From Acidimicrobiia bacterium (lineage in GTDB: Bacteria; Actinomycetota; Acidimicrobiia; Spongiisociales; ZC4RG35): a stretch of 64,000 nucleotides of DNA. Of the stretch, positions 29,598 to 38,925 are shown one piece after another; position 1 is the stretch's first letter, and each line of letters starts with the position of its first letter. A program made the position numbers and the translations under genes. The DNA lies in NCBI GenBank assembly GCA_965215185.1, contig OZ244034.1, positions 1,824,001 to 1,888,000 on the forward strand. Direction: 5' to 3'. Under the pieces are notes generated by a model. That model saw only the letters and a list, made by a program, of their open reading frames with translations. It did not search any database and was not told the DNA's origin.

Positions 29598-30110
29598 CTA
29601 GCGGCTCCAATCAAAACGAGCGTCGAGTTCTTTCAACATTTCGAAGGTATCCATAGAAGTTACATCGAACCTCCGGCAGAGGTTAGGCAGCGGCACCCGT
29701 TTCTTGCTGTTGGGGTCGTACACTTCTTGGGTCACTACGACAGCATGGTTTGCCTTGGCAAATGCGGCGAGCCACCCGTCAGCTACCCTGCCAAACTCAT
29801 CTCCGGCAGCCTCGGTGAATTGGCGATTCCCCTTTACCCACCCCATCATCTGGCTGTAGTAACCGACGACAGACCTTGCTGCAGTAGTAGCTAACACACC
29901 ATCGGTGGCTCGGTGGACCCACCGCTTTAGTTCTAGTGGGTATTTGATCTCATCCCGCACCCTGTCTATAACCATCAGCCGTCCATTGCCAAGGTGATGT
30001 TCTAAACAATCCCAGAAGCCAGGGCAAACGTCAGGCGCGTAGTAAGTGCGATAGGCCGTTATCAGAACATTGGCATCTAAGGCGTATCGAACTTGAACAC
30101 GACTCGTCAC
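29598..30110 (-). CDS. DUF4411-family (PIN-like) protein
   Basis: 'LDANVLITAYRTYY...PGFW', 'ADGWLAAFA...VVTQE', 'LPNLC'; coupled to the upstream HTH-peptidase. Confidence 0.8.
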   Translation of the reverse strand: MTSRVQVRYALDANVLITAYRTYYAPDVCPGFWDCLEHHLGNGRLMVIDRVRDEIKYPLELKRWVHRATDGVLATTAARSVVGYYSQMMGWVKGNRQFTEAAGDEFGRVADGWLAAFAKANHAVVVTQEVYDPNSKKRVPLPNLCRRFDVTSMDTFEMLKELDARFDWSR

Positions 30111-31276
30111 ATTCGCACGTTCATCTTCACCGCCAGGTTCTCAAAGCTGGCGCCCGTCAACCCAGTCAGGGCATACGCCTCGCGATATGGCAAACGCCCC
30201 TTTTTAACAGCACGCACCACCGCCGCGCCAAACCGCCGACCTATGCGAGTGTTCTGGTTGTTCCAGAAGTTACCGCCGTCGTTTCCGGTCTCTTTCTTGT
30301 GGTGCTCCTCCGACAAATACGCCTGGTAGAAGGCAAAGAAGGAGGGTCGGCCGATCAGCCTCAGGTCCAATGCTCGGCGCGCCGCAACTATTGCGCTGAC
30401 TTTGAACCGCCGGGCCACCTCTTGAAAGGGATCGATGGTTTCAGCGATCTTCGGCCAATAGTCCCGGAGCACCTCACTTGGGATCAGAAACTCCGCAGCA
30501 ACTTTGTTACAGAAGATCTCGATTCCATGAGGTACGGGCTGCATCTGGTTGAAAGTTGAAACACCGTCTTCTCCGATCAAAACATGTGCCAGTTCATGAA
30601 CCAGGGTGAACATCTGCGCCGACTTGAAGTCCGCGTTGTTAACAAAGATCAACGGGGAGTATTCATCCACTAGGGCAAACCCGCGAAATTCGTCTCGGTC
30701 CAGAGGCCGGGAAGTGTTATTGCCCACGACTCCGTTTATAACTACCAGCACCCCCGCCTCTTCCAGGCGCTCTCGGAGGGAACGAAGCGCATTGGTCCAG
30801 TTCGCCTCACCCGCCGCCCAGTCGCCCTCCAATCCCAAGGCGTCTCGCAGCGCCTCAGCGACTGTCTCTGGGGAATCAGTAGTTGTGAACGTCCCAACGA
30901 AAGGGAGGGGTGGCACTTCATCTTCGATGAGTTCCCCGCGCATCCAAGCTTGGCGACGTTGCATTTGATACACCGTTTCCAGCAGATTGGGGCTTGGCCG
31001 GCGGAGAGGCTGGTCGCCTACCGTGCGGAAATCGGCTATCGGCAAAACATCTTTGGGTGGTTCGGTTAAGAACAAGAATCCCAAGGGGGTATGAGTAACG
31101 CGCGCCAGCTGGTCCGCCTGAGCAATGCTGATGGTGCCGGAGACTTCCCAGTCTTGTGCCCGCTCCGGTCTGACCTTGGTCTTCTTGGCCAGATCACCAA
31201 CGCTCAGCCCAGCCCGCTCCCGAGCCCACCGCAACACTTCCGGTTGCAAAGTTATCTTTAATCGCCGGGCGCTCAT
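30107..31276 (-). CDS. XRE-HTH + ImmA/IrrE metallopeptidase
   Basis: N-terminal HTH 'LRWARERAGLS'; 'FTLVHELAH' (HExxH); 'EIFCNKVAAEFLIP'. Confidence 0.9.
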   Translation of the reverse strand: MSARRLKITLQPEVLRWARERAGLSVGDLAKKTKVRPERAQDWEVSGTISIAQADQLARVTHTPLGFLFLTEPPKDVLPIADFRTVGDQPLRRPSPNLLETVYQMQRRQAWMRGELIEDEVPPLPFVGTFTTTDSPETVAEALRDALGLEGDWAAGEANWTNALRSLRERLEEAGVLVVINGVVGNNTSRPLDRDEFRGFALVDEYSPLIFVNNADFKSAQMFTLVHELAHVLIGEDGVSTFNQMQPVPHGIEIFCNKVAAEFLIPSEVLRDYWPKIAETIDPFQEVARRFKVSAIVAARRALDLRLIGRPSFFAFYQAYLSEEHHKKETGNDGGNFWNNQNTRIGRRFGAAVVRAVKKGRLPYREAYALTGLTGASFENLAVKMNVRM

Positions 31277-31348
31277 CGTTCGTATCTCCTCCCGCGATAT
31301 TTGTCGAACTTGTTTGATCCTATCAAAGTACCGCTAGCCGTCCATGAG

Positions 31349-31753
31349 TCAGCGTTCCACTCGATAGGGCACAGTGGCCTCGGCGAAGCCTTTGGGGGTG
31401 CGTTGGGGTTTTCCGGCCAGGTTGGTGAAGGCCGCCTTGATTTCCACCGTCGCCACCGGCTCGGATCCCACCCGAGCGATCTGAGACCAGCGGGTGGAGG
31501 CGCGGCGCACCTCCCTTACCTCGGTGGTGACTTGGATTGAGTCGCCCAAGCGTGCCGGCGTGAAGTATTTGATAATGGCCTCCACCAGAACGATCTGCAG
31601 ACCCATCTGGTGTAACTGATCCATGCTGAAGCCCATCTCGTCCAGCAGATCCACCCGGGCTGTCTCGAAAAAGCTCAGATACCGGGCGTGATTGACGTGG
31701 TTGTAGGGGTCGAGGTCGGCAAAGCGCACCCGTAGAGTGGTCTGATGAGCCAT
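31349..31753 (-). CDS. Acyl-CoA thioesterase (4HBT/YbgC family)
   Basis: 'VRFADLDPYNHVNHARYLSFFETAR'. Confidence 0.9.
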   Translation of the reverse strand: MAHQTTLRVRFADLDPYNHVNHARYLSFFETARVDLLDEMGFSMDQLHQMGLQIVLVEAIIKYFTPARLGDSIQVTTEVREVRRASTRWSQIARVGSEPVATVEIKAAFTNLAGKPQRTPKGFAEATVPYRVER

Positions 31754-31827
31754 GTCAGAAGGCTAGTGAAACCTAAAAGCACTAATACTTTTTGAATAGG
31801 TTCCCGACTTCCGTAGCCTTTGGCTTT

Positions 31828-32229
31828 GTGGCAAAAGTAGCCCGATTCCCCTTGGTCCGCCTGATCTACTTCATCCTGGGTTTGGTCTGTTTGGGCTTTG
31901 TCTTCATAAGTTGGCTGCCGGGCATTCCCACCGCCGACTTTGTGATCCTGGCCCTGTTCTTCTTCGTCCGCTCTTCCCGGCGGTTTGAGATGTGGCTGCG
32001 CAACCATCCGGTGTTCGGCAAGATCATCCGAAGCTACCAGGGGGGTCTCACCGTCCGAGCCAAGACGATCGCTCTGATTGGGATCACCATCTCGATCAGC
32101 GTTTCCGCGGTCCTTCTCACCAGCAATACGGCGCTCAGGGTGGTTCTGGTGGCAGTAGCTGCCATCGCCTGGGGGTATGTGCTAACCCGACCCACCAAGG
32201 CCCTGGCCGCAGCTTCGGATCGGGTCTAA
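31828..32229 (+). CDS. YbaN/DUF454 membrane protein
   Basis: 'LPGIPTADFVILA...RSS.RF..WL.NHP.FG'. Confidence 0.85.
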   Translation: MAKVARFPLVRLIYFILGLVCLGFVFISWLPGIPTADFVILALFFFVRSSRRFEMWLRNHPVFGKIIRSYQGGLTVRAKTIALIGITISISVSAVLLTSNTALRVVLVAVAAIAWGYVLTRPTKALAAASDRV

Positions 32230-32262
32230 CCGCGCGCCGACCGCCGCCGCGGACCTGCCGGG

Positions 32263-33129
32263 TCAACGGGTCGGTTCGATAACCTCCGACACAATCTTTT
32301 CGACCGTCTTGTATTGCTCGGGTTGGGGTTGTTGGAAGATGAATTCGTTGACCCCCGCCCCGACGTATCTTCCCACTACTTCGGTGAACGCGTCCACGCT
32401 CGACCAGACATCGGGCAAACCCTGGGAAGCCAGATGGTGGGGCCCTCCGAGGTAGGAGCGGATGATCTCGGTTGGATCCCGGCCGATTCTCTGACATGCC
32501 TGGTTCAGCAGGCGGTTCCGCTCCACCATCTCCTCTACCGTCCCGGTGGAGTTCCACCGGTCCGCATAGCGGGCACAGATCCCCAGCATCCGAGGGCGGT
32601 GGGCCCCCAGGGTAAAGGGTGGACGGGGCGACTGCACCGGCTGCGGATGGAGCCGGGCATCGGTCAGCTGATAATGGCAACCCTCATAGGAGACGGTCTC
32701 CCCGCGCAGCAAGGGGTCGATTATCTCCAACGCCTCCTCGAATCTGTCCACCCGCACACCCGGAGGGTGAAGGGTGATCCCGAACTGCTCATGCTCATCC
32801 ACATACCATCCCGCGCCGATCCCCAACTCCAACCGTCCCTCCGAAATGTGGTCGATGGTGATGGCTTGCTGTGCTAAGAGAGCCGGATGGCGGAAGGTAT
32901 TGCTGCTCACCAGCACCCCCACCCGGACGCGGCGGGTGTGGGTGGCCAGAGCGGCTAGGAGCGTCCACGCCTCAAAGAACGTACCGGCAGGGCCAAACGG
33001 CTGCAGGAAGTGGTCAAAGTCCCAGATGCTGTCGAACCCCAACTCCTCGAAGTACCGCCACTGGTCCACCAGCTCACGGTAGGGCACCGTCTGGGCGGCG
33101 CCGATCCCAAACAGGATGTTGCCCTCCAC
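32263..33129 (-). CDS. LLM-class flavin-dependent oxidoreductase
   Basis: 'GFDSIWDFDH', 'FRHPALLA', 'GRLELGIGAGW'. Confidence 0.9.
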   Translation of the reverse strand: MEGNILFGIGAAQTVPYRELVDQWRYFEELGFDSIWDFDHFLQPFGPAGTFFEAWTLLAALATHTRRVRVGVLVSSNTFRHPALLAQQAITIDHISEGRLELGIGAGWYVDEHEQFGITLHPPGVRVDRFEEALEIIDPLLRGETVSYEGCHYQLTDARLHPQPVQSPRPPFTLGAHRPRMLGICARYADRWNSTGTVEEMVERNRLLNQACQRIGRDPTEIIRSYLGGPHHLASQGLPDVWSSVDAFTEVVGRYVGAGVNEFIFQQPQPEQYKTVEKIVSEVIEPTR

Positions 33130-33239
33130 TAGCGCATCACCTCGATTGCCATCCCAGGAAGGGTATCGGGACGCGCATCCTGTCCCAATCTCCCTCAAAC
33201 AGTTAGCTTGGCGCGTGTTTTCTTCCCCTCGAGAATCGC

Positions 33240-34106
33240 TCAGAGACCGGGCTCGATGACCTGCGACACGATCCTCTCGGCCGTTTGGTACTGGTCGGGT
33301 CGAGGCTGGTCGAAGATGAACTCGTTGACACCTACCTCGGCGTACCTTCCCACTACTTCGGTGAAGGCATCGACGCTCTCCCATGCATCGGGCAACCCTT
33401 GCGCGGCCATATTGGAGGCCCATCCATAGAAGGAACGGATGATCTCGGTGGGGTCCCGGCCGATCTTCTCGCACGCCTCGTCCAGCAGGCGATTGCGTTC
33501 GGCGATCTCCTCCACCGTCCCAAACGAGTTCCAGCGGTCGGCGTATTGGGCGCAGATGGCCAACATGCGGGGACGATGCGCTCCCAGGGTGAGAGGCGGG
33601 CGGGGCGACTGCACCGGCCGGGGGCGGAGTCTTGCTTCTTTCAGTTGATAGTGGCGACCCTGGTGGGAGGTCGTCTCGCCACGAAGCAGGGCGTCGATGA
33701 TCTCCACCGCCTCTTCAAACCTTTCGACCAGCACGGGTGGATCGCCAAACGGTATCCCGAACCGGTCGTGCTCTTCAACGAACCACCCGGCGCCGAAACC
33801 CAGTTCCAGGCGTCCTTGCGAGATGTGGTCGATGGTGATGGCCTGCTGCGCCAAGAGCGCCGGATGGCGGAAGGTGTTGCTCCCCACCAAAACGCCCACC
33901 CGGATGCGGGAGGTCTGGGTGGCGAGAGCGGCCAGCAGGGTCCACCCCTCGAAGTAGGGGTCGCAGGGATTGCTGGGCCGAAGCAAATGGTCACAATCCC
34001 AAATGCTGTCGAATCCCAACTCCTCGAAGTACTGCCACCGCTGCACCAGCACCGGGTAGGGCTCGGCCTGGTCGGTGCAGATTCCAAACCGTATGTTCTG
34101 TTCCAA
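33240..34106 (-). CDS. LLM-class flavin-dependent oxidoreductase, tandem paralog
   Basis: Same motifs; highly similar to 32263-33129. Confidence 0.9.
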   Translation of the reverse strand: MEQNIRFGICTDQAEPYPVLVQRWQYFEELGFDSIWDCDHLLRPSNPCDPYFEGWTLLAALATQTSRIRVGVLVGSNTFRHPALLAQQAITIDHISQGRLELGFGAGWFVEEHDRFGIPFGDPPVLVERFEEAVEIIDALLRGETTSHQGRHYQLKEARLRPRPVQSPRPPLTLGAHRPRMLAICAQYADRWNSFGTVEEIAERNRLLDEACEKIGRDPTEIIRSFYGWASNMAAQGLPDAWESVDAFTEVVGRYAEVGVNEFIFDQPRPDQYQTAERIVSQVIEPGL

Positions 34107-34268
34107 TTTAAGAGACCGCCTCTAGCTTCATCACCCACAGGTTATGCGGTGAAACAACAAACCTGCGGCTGTAAAGGCGATCTGCTTTCGGTTGAACCCC
34201 GGCTGCGGCGCTGCTCTTTTTGGGAATGCGCTACCTTATTGCCAGGCCCTCGACCATCATTGGAACAG

Positions 34269-36122
34269 ATGCCCAAACCGTCCTCCACCGACATCGCCTT
34301 TCCGGTGCCCATCCACTTCGGCGTGTCGGGTCCGCCACCCGCCGAAGGCCGAGACGACCACGCCTTTTTGGACGATCTGCTGGCACAGGGCATCTCCTCC
34401 TATGAACTTTCTTTCGTCAAGGGCTTTCCCTGGAAAGAGGATCGGTGCGCACAGTTCGGAACCCGGGCCGCCGATCGGGGTATTCGCGTCTCCGCCCATG
34501 CTCCCTACTTCGCGGTGCTGACCGTGGAAGAACCCCGAAAGGCCCACATGTGCCTTTCGGCCCTGGAGCACACCATGAAACTGGGAAAAGAACTGGGTTC
34601 GCCGCTGATAGTCGCCCATGCCGGCCATTTGAAGGGACGTGCGCCCCAACAGGTCATGGACCTGATCCGCCGGCGTCTGGAGATGCTGGGGCCCAAGGTC
34701 GAAAACCTGGGGGTGGGACTGGGGTTGGAGACCGCCGGGAATCTGCGTTCTTTCGGGACGCTCGGCGACATCGCGGTGCTGGCTTCTGAGTTCCGGTTCG
34801 TGCGGCCGGTGATCGACTGGGCGCACCTGCATGCTCTCTCGGGCGGGGGGCTGATCGGAAGAGACCGTTTCAAAACAGTGCTGGACTTCCTAAAAGACTC
34901 CTTTCCCGCCTGGATGCTCTCTCCGCTTCACACCCAGTTCACCGACAACCGGTTCGGGCCTTCGGGGGAGATCAGCCACGTTCGGTACGGGGAAGGGACC
35001 CTTCGGATCGGACCCCTGGTGGAGGCCGCCCACGAAGCAGGAATCCCCATGGTGGTGATCTCCGAAGCCCGGGAGTGGGAGAGCCACCTGGCCATCGGAG
35101 CGGAACTGGCCTCAGTCCTTGGGCGGTTGGATGAGGCTGCGCCCCCCGGTCTTCAGGCGGCTTCGGGACTGGTGGCCTTCCCCGACCCGACTCCGGTGCA
35201 ACAGGACGAGAACCGCTTCCGGCCCACCGGGGCCAAGCGGGCCGTGCGCCTGTCCAACCTGTCGAAGCGGTTCTTCCCCGAGGGCTACACCAAGGGAGAT
35301 TTGATCAGTTATTACGCCTCGATCGCCCCCACCCTGTTGCCTCATCTGCGCGACCGGCCCCTCTCCATGTCCCGCTACCCCGACGGGATCGGCGGGCCCT
35401 CCTTCTACGAGAAGCGAGCGCCGGGGCACCAGCCCGACTGGATGCGCACCCTTCCGGTGGGTTCCCGATCGGCGGGCGGGCAGATCGACTTTCTGTGCGC
35501 CGACCATCCCGAGTCGTTGATGTGGTTCGCCAACATGGGTTGTGTGGAGGTACATCCCTTCCACTCCCGCCATCCCAACCTACCCCACCCCGACTGGGCG
35601 GTGTTCGACTTCGACCCCGCCCCCGGGGCCGCCTGGACCCAGGTGGTGGCGGGCGTCCGGCTGCTGGGGGTGGCCCTGCAGCAGCTGGGATTGCGGTCGG
35701 TTCCCAAACTGTCGGGAAGCCGCGGCATGCATGTGTACCTGCCCCTGCGACCCATCCACACCCACCAGCGGGTCCGCCGGTTCGTGAAAGCGGTGGCCGA
35801 CCTGTTGGTGGCGGCCAATCCCGACGACCTGACCTTGGCCTGGGACAAATCCCAGCGGGTGGGGAAGGTGTTCATCGACCACAACCGCAACGCGTTCGGC
35901 CAGACTATCTCGTCGGTGTATTCGGTGCGGCCTCTGCCGGGAGCGCCGGTCTCCGCTCCCCTGCTCTGGGAAGAAGTGGGGCAGTTCGCCAATGGCGACA
36001 TCGACATCACCAACATCTGGGAGCGTCTCTCCCGGTACGGGGACCTGTTCTTGTCGGCGCTTGCGTCAAACCAGACCCTCGAATCCGCCGAACAGGCGCT
36101 CCATCTTGAGCCCTTGAGTTGA
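34269..36122 (+). CDS. Endonuclease IV-like TIM barrel fused to a LigD-type primase/polymerase domain
   Basis: N-half 'SAHAPYF', 'LETAG...FGTL', 'IDWAHLHA', 'GEISH', 'ISE'; C-half 'YTKGDLISYY', 'RYPDGI...FYEK', 'FDFDP', 'KLSGSRGMH', 'FIDHNRN', 'YSVRP..GAPVSAPL.WEE'. Confidence 0.85.
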   Translation: MPKPSSTDIAFPVPIHFGVSGPPPAEGRDDHAFLDDLLAQGISSYELSFVKGFPWKEDRCAQFGTRAADRGIRVSAHAPYFAVLTVEEPRKAHMCLSALEHTMKLGKELGSPLIVAHAGHLKGRAPQQVMDLIRRRLEMLGPKVENLGVGLGLETAGNLRSFGTLGDIAVLASEFRFVRPVIDWAHLHALSGGGLIGRDRFKTVLDFLKDSFPAWMLSPLHTQFTDNRFGPSGEISHVRYGEGTLRIGPLVEAAHEAGIPMVVISEAREWESHLAIGAELASVLGRLDEAAPPGLQAASGLVAFPDPTPVQQDENRFRPTGAKRAVRLSNLSKRFFPEGYTKGDLISYYASIAPTLLPHLRDRPLSMSRYPDGIGGPSFYEKRAPGHQPDWMRTLPVGSRSAGGQIDFLCADHPESLMWFANMGCVEVHPFHSRHPNLPHPDWAVFDFDPAPGAAWTQVVAGVRLLGVALQQLGLRSVPKLSGSRGMHVYLPLRPIHTHQRVRRFVKAVADLLVAANPDDLTLAWDKSQRVGKVFIDHNRNAFGQTISSVYSVRPLPGAPVSAPLLWEEVGQFANGDIDITNIWERLSRYGDLFLSALASNQTLESAEQALHLEPLS

Positions 36123-36179
36123 AATATGCCCCGGTCCAGCACGGGAGGCCGGACCGATAGGCGGGTATCCTCTACGCCT

Positions 36180-37304
36180 ATGGACATCTACGGGCGGATA
36201 AACATTCTGGGCGGCAGATCTGTCCGTCTTCCCGCCATGGATGTCACCGAAGCCATCATCTTGGACAACGACCCCCTGAACCGCGCCAAGAGTTGGGTCA
36301 ATCAGGGCGCCGACTATCTGCACGTGGTGGATCTGAATGCCGCGGCGCTGGCCGACTATCAAAACCGTCCCCTCATCGACGCCATCCTCACCGAACTCGA
36401 CACTCCCGTCCAGGTGGCGGGAGGGGTCCGATCGCACCTTGAGGCGGCCCGGCTAATCCAAAACGGCGCTTGGAGGGTGGTGATGGGAACCGCCGCCATC
36501 GAGGACCAGATCATGATCTGGGATCTGTGTCGAGAGTACCCGGGCAAGATCGCGGTGGCCATCGATGTGCGACCCGACCATGAGATCGTCACCCAGGGAT
36601 GGAACGAACGAAGCGGCCGTTATCTGGAAGAGGTGCTCTTGGAGATGTCGTCGGCGGGGGTGGCAGCGTTCCTGATCGCCGAAGCCGGGCGTGACCCCCT
36701 GGCGCAGCCGCTCGACCTCGACATCTACGCGGAAGCGCTGGAATTGGTGCCCGAACCGGTGATCGTGGCCGGCGGAGTGGGCACCGTGGAGGATCTGCGC
36801 ACCCTGACCCGGCTGTCGGTGGGAGGCCACAAGCTGAACGGGGTGATCGTGGGCAGGGAGGTGACCGTCGGCCGGTTCAGCCTGGCAGAAGCCAAGAAAA
36901 CCGTGAAGGCCGGCGAGAAAGCACCATCCCTCAGCCCTCGGGGAGGCATGAGCGCCGTCGTCTGGTCGGACGATCTGGAAAAGATGTCCAACTTCTATTC
37001 ACGGGCCCTTGGCCTGCAGGAGATCACCGCCCCCCACATGGCTACCCGCGGACAGGTGTGGATGTCGATCGGAGGCTCCTATCTGATCCTGCGCAAGCGC
37101 CAACCAGACTCGCCGTCCTCGGGAGGAGCAGAAATCGTGCTGATGGCCGACGACATAGCCGACTGGGGAACCCATCTGGCCGGCCAGGGCCTGGCGGTGA
37201 TCAACATGCCCTCTGCTCGAAGCGGCCTCCCCCTCGACATGCTGGGGGTGTTCGACCCCGAAGGGAATACCGTCTGGGTGAGCAACCACCCCCAGATGTT
37301 TTAG
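36180..37304 (+). CDS. HisA/PriA-like TIM-barrel protein with C-terminal VOC/glyoxalase domain
   Basis: 'LHVVDL', 'PVQVAGGVRS', 'VVMGTAA', 'VIVAGGV'; C-terminal 'DLEKMSNFYSRALGL...FDPEGN'. Confidence 0.8.
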   Translation: MDIYGRINILGGRSVRLPAMDVTEAIILDNDPLNRAKSWVNQGADYLHVVDLNAAALADYQNRPLIDAILTELDTPVQVAGGVRSHLEAARLIQNGAWRVVMGTAAIEDQIMIWDLCREYPGKIAVAIDVRPDHEIVTQGWNERSGRYLEEVLLEMSSAGVAAFLIAEAGRDPLAQPLDLDIYAEALELVPEPVIVAGGVGTVEDLRTLTRLSVGGHKLNGVIVGREVTVGRFSLAEAKKTVKAGEKAPSLSPRGGMSAVVWSDDLEKMSNFYSRALGLQEITAPHMATRGQVWMSIGGSYLILRKRQPDSPSSGGAEIVLMADDIADWGTHLAGQGLAVINMPSARSGLPLDMLGVFDPEGNTVWVSNHPQMF

Positions 37305-37562
37305 CCCCGCCGGGCCCGGCGCCGCTCCCCGGGGCAGGGCAACTGCCAATCTCATCTTGACCCGCACCTCCCGTTCAGACCACCTGTGCCTGAACGTGGC
37401 GGGCGATGGCCACGACAGATCAATAGTCCTCTCCCCCGAGCAGCGAACCTGGCGGTGGAGAGAACTATTGATGAGGATGGAGGTTTTCGGACCGACTACT
37501 GATGATTCGGGTTGATTTCGGCGGGCGGTTCTGCCAAAATGGGGCCGGTAGCGTCACCAGAC

Positions 37563-37653
37563 GCTCATCCAGAGCGGTGGAGGGATCAGGCCCCGCGAAA
37601 CCGCGGCAACCAGTCGGCACAGCCGACACGGTGCCAACGCCTGACCGATGGGT
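37563..37653 (+). ncRNA. SAM riboswitch (SAM-I clan, P4 apparently absent)
   Basis: CTCATCCAGAGCGGTGGAGGGA...GGCCC...GAAACC..GGCAACC...GGTGCCAA..CCTG..GATGGG; P1 CTCATC/GATGGG; upstream of metX. Confidence 0.9.
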
Positions 37654-37660
37654 AAAGGAG

Positions 37661-38912
37661 GGGACTTATATACCTGGGTAGACAAAGGTGTCACACCCGT
37701 TCGGTATTCTGGTTTGTGTGTATTTGGTGCAGACTTTTAGGTTTCCCGCTAAGTGTTCCCCGTCCGCTCATCGTCGGTTGACCGAGGTGTTTTCCATGTC
37801 CGCGGAGTTGTATAACGCGGCGTTGGAGTCTTGGAGGGGAACATACGCGTGGTGGAAGGAACGCCACCCCGGAGAGGACGACAAGTTCCCCTCGGAGTTG
37901 CGGCGTTCGAAGTACGACTTGATGAAAGAGTTCACGGGGGTTCGTTCGGATATTCCCGAGTGGGAGCGGCTGGCCGTCCAGGTGGGAAGGGGCGTTGTGT
38001 GTCGTTTCGACCGGACGGTGAGTTCCTTCTACAAACGCTGCAAAGAAGGGGGCAAGCCGGGGTTTCCCCGCTTCGTTTCCGAGACAAAGGCCGTAGGTTG
38101 GCCGATGCCCTCGGTGGGGGCGCCCGGGTGGTGGAACTACGCGTGGTGAGAACGCCCCTCCGCACAGAGGTACACGTCGTGGTCCGCCACCCGGAGAGGA
38201 ACATATCCAGGGTGGAGCCCGCCAATCCCGTGGGGATAGATGTCGGTTTGACGCACCGTTTGACCCTTTCGGGCGGGCAGGTCGTCCCCCCGCGGAAAGT
38301 GGACGCGTCCCGTGTCAAGAGGGCGCAGAGAAAACTGTCCCGTGCCAAGAAAGGCTCCCGCACCAGGGGCAAGAAAGCCCACGCGCTGGCCAGACTCCAC
38401 CGCAGAGAAAAAGAGAAAGCCGTCCAGGCTGACTTCCGTCTCGCCCACCACCTCGTCCGCTCCTACGACGGGATAGCCACCGAGGACCTCAACGTGACGG
38501 GGATGCTCAAATCGAAAAGGTTCTCCAAGAAAATGTCCGAACAACGATGGTCGTCCCTCGGGAACATCCTGGAATACAAAGCCGAGAAAGCTGGCATTCC
38601 ATATGAAAGGGTGAATCCCCGCCACACCACCACAGACTGTTCGGCCTGCGGGCACCGACAGGCAATGCCTCTCCGGCAGAGGGTGTTTCACTGCGGGTCG
38701 TGTGGAATGTGCGTGGGTAGGGACGTCAACGCCGCAATCAACATACGCGCCCGGGCTTTTGGCCCGGGGTCGGGAGGGACCATCCCCGACGCGATGCGCG
38801 TAACAAACTTCGGCTGTAAGACAGGCACGCCCTCCGGGGAATGCTCTGCGGGTCGACATCGCAGAACAGTATCACCCACGGCGACATCCGTCTACCCAAG
38901 TATATAAATCCC
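37661..38912 (+). mobile_element. E2: near-identical copy of E1 with an internal deletion (1252 bp)
   Basis: Same TIRs (right TIR ...TATATAAATCCC); 8-bp TSD TAAAGGAG at 37653-37660 and 38913-38920. Confidence 0.95.
37718..38907 (+). pseudogene. tnpB: tnpB with a 130-bp frameshifting deletion
   Basis: Lacks E1 positions 20759-20888; joined at a CTTC microhomology. Confidence 0.88.
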
Positions 38913-38925
38913 TAAAGGAGAGTCG

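Noticed and set aside
33285-34268. 945-aa ORF N-terminal extension and other long antisense ORFs (e.g. 8354-9853, 13712-15070, 47415-48920)
   Set aside because: Shadow frames opposite well-supported genes in high-GC DNA.
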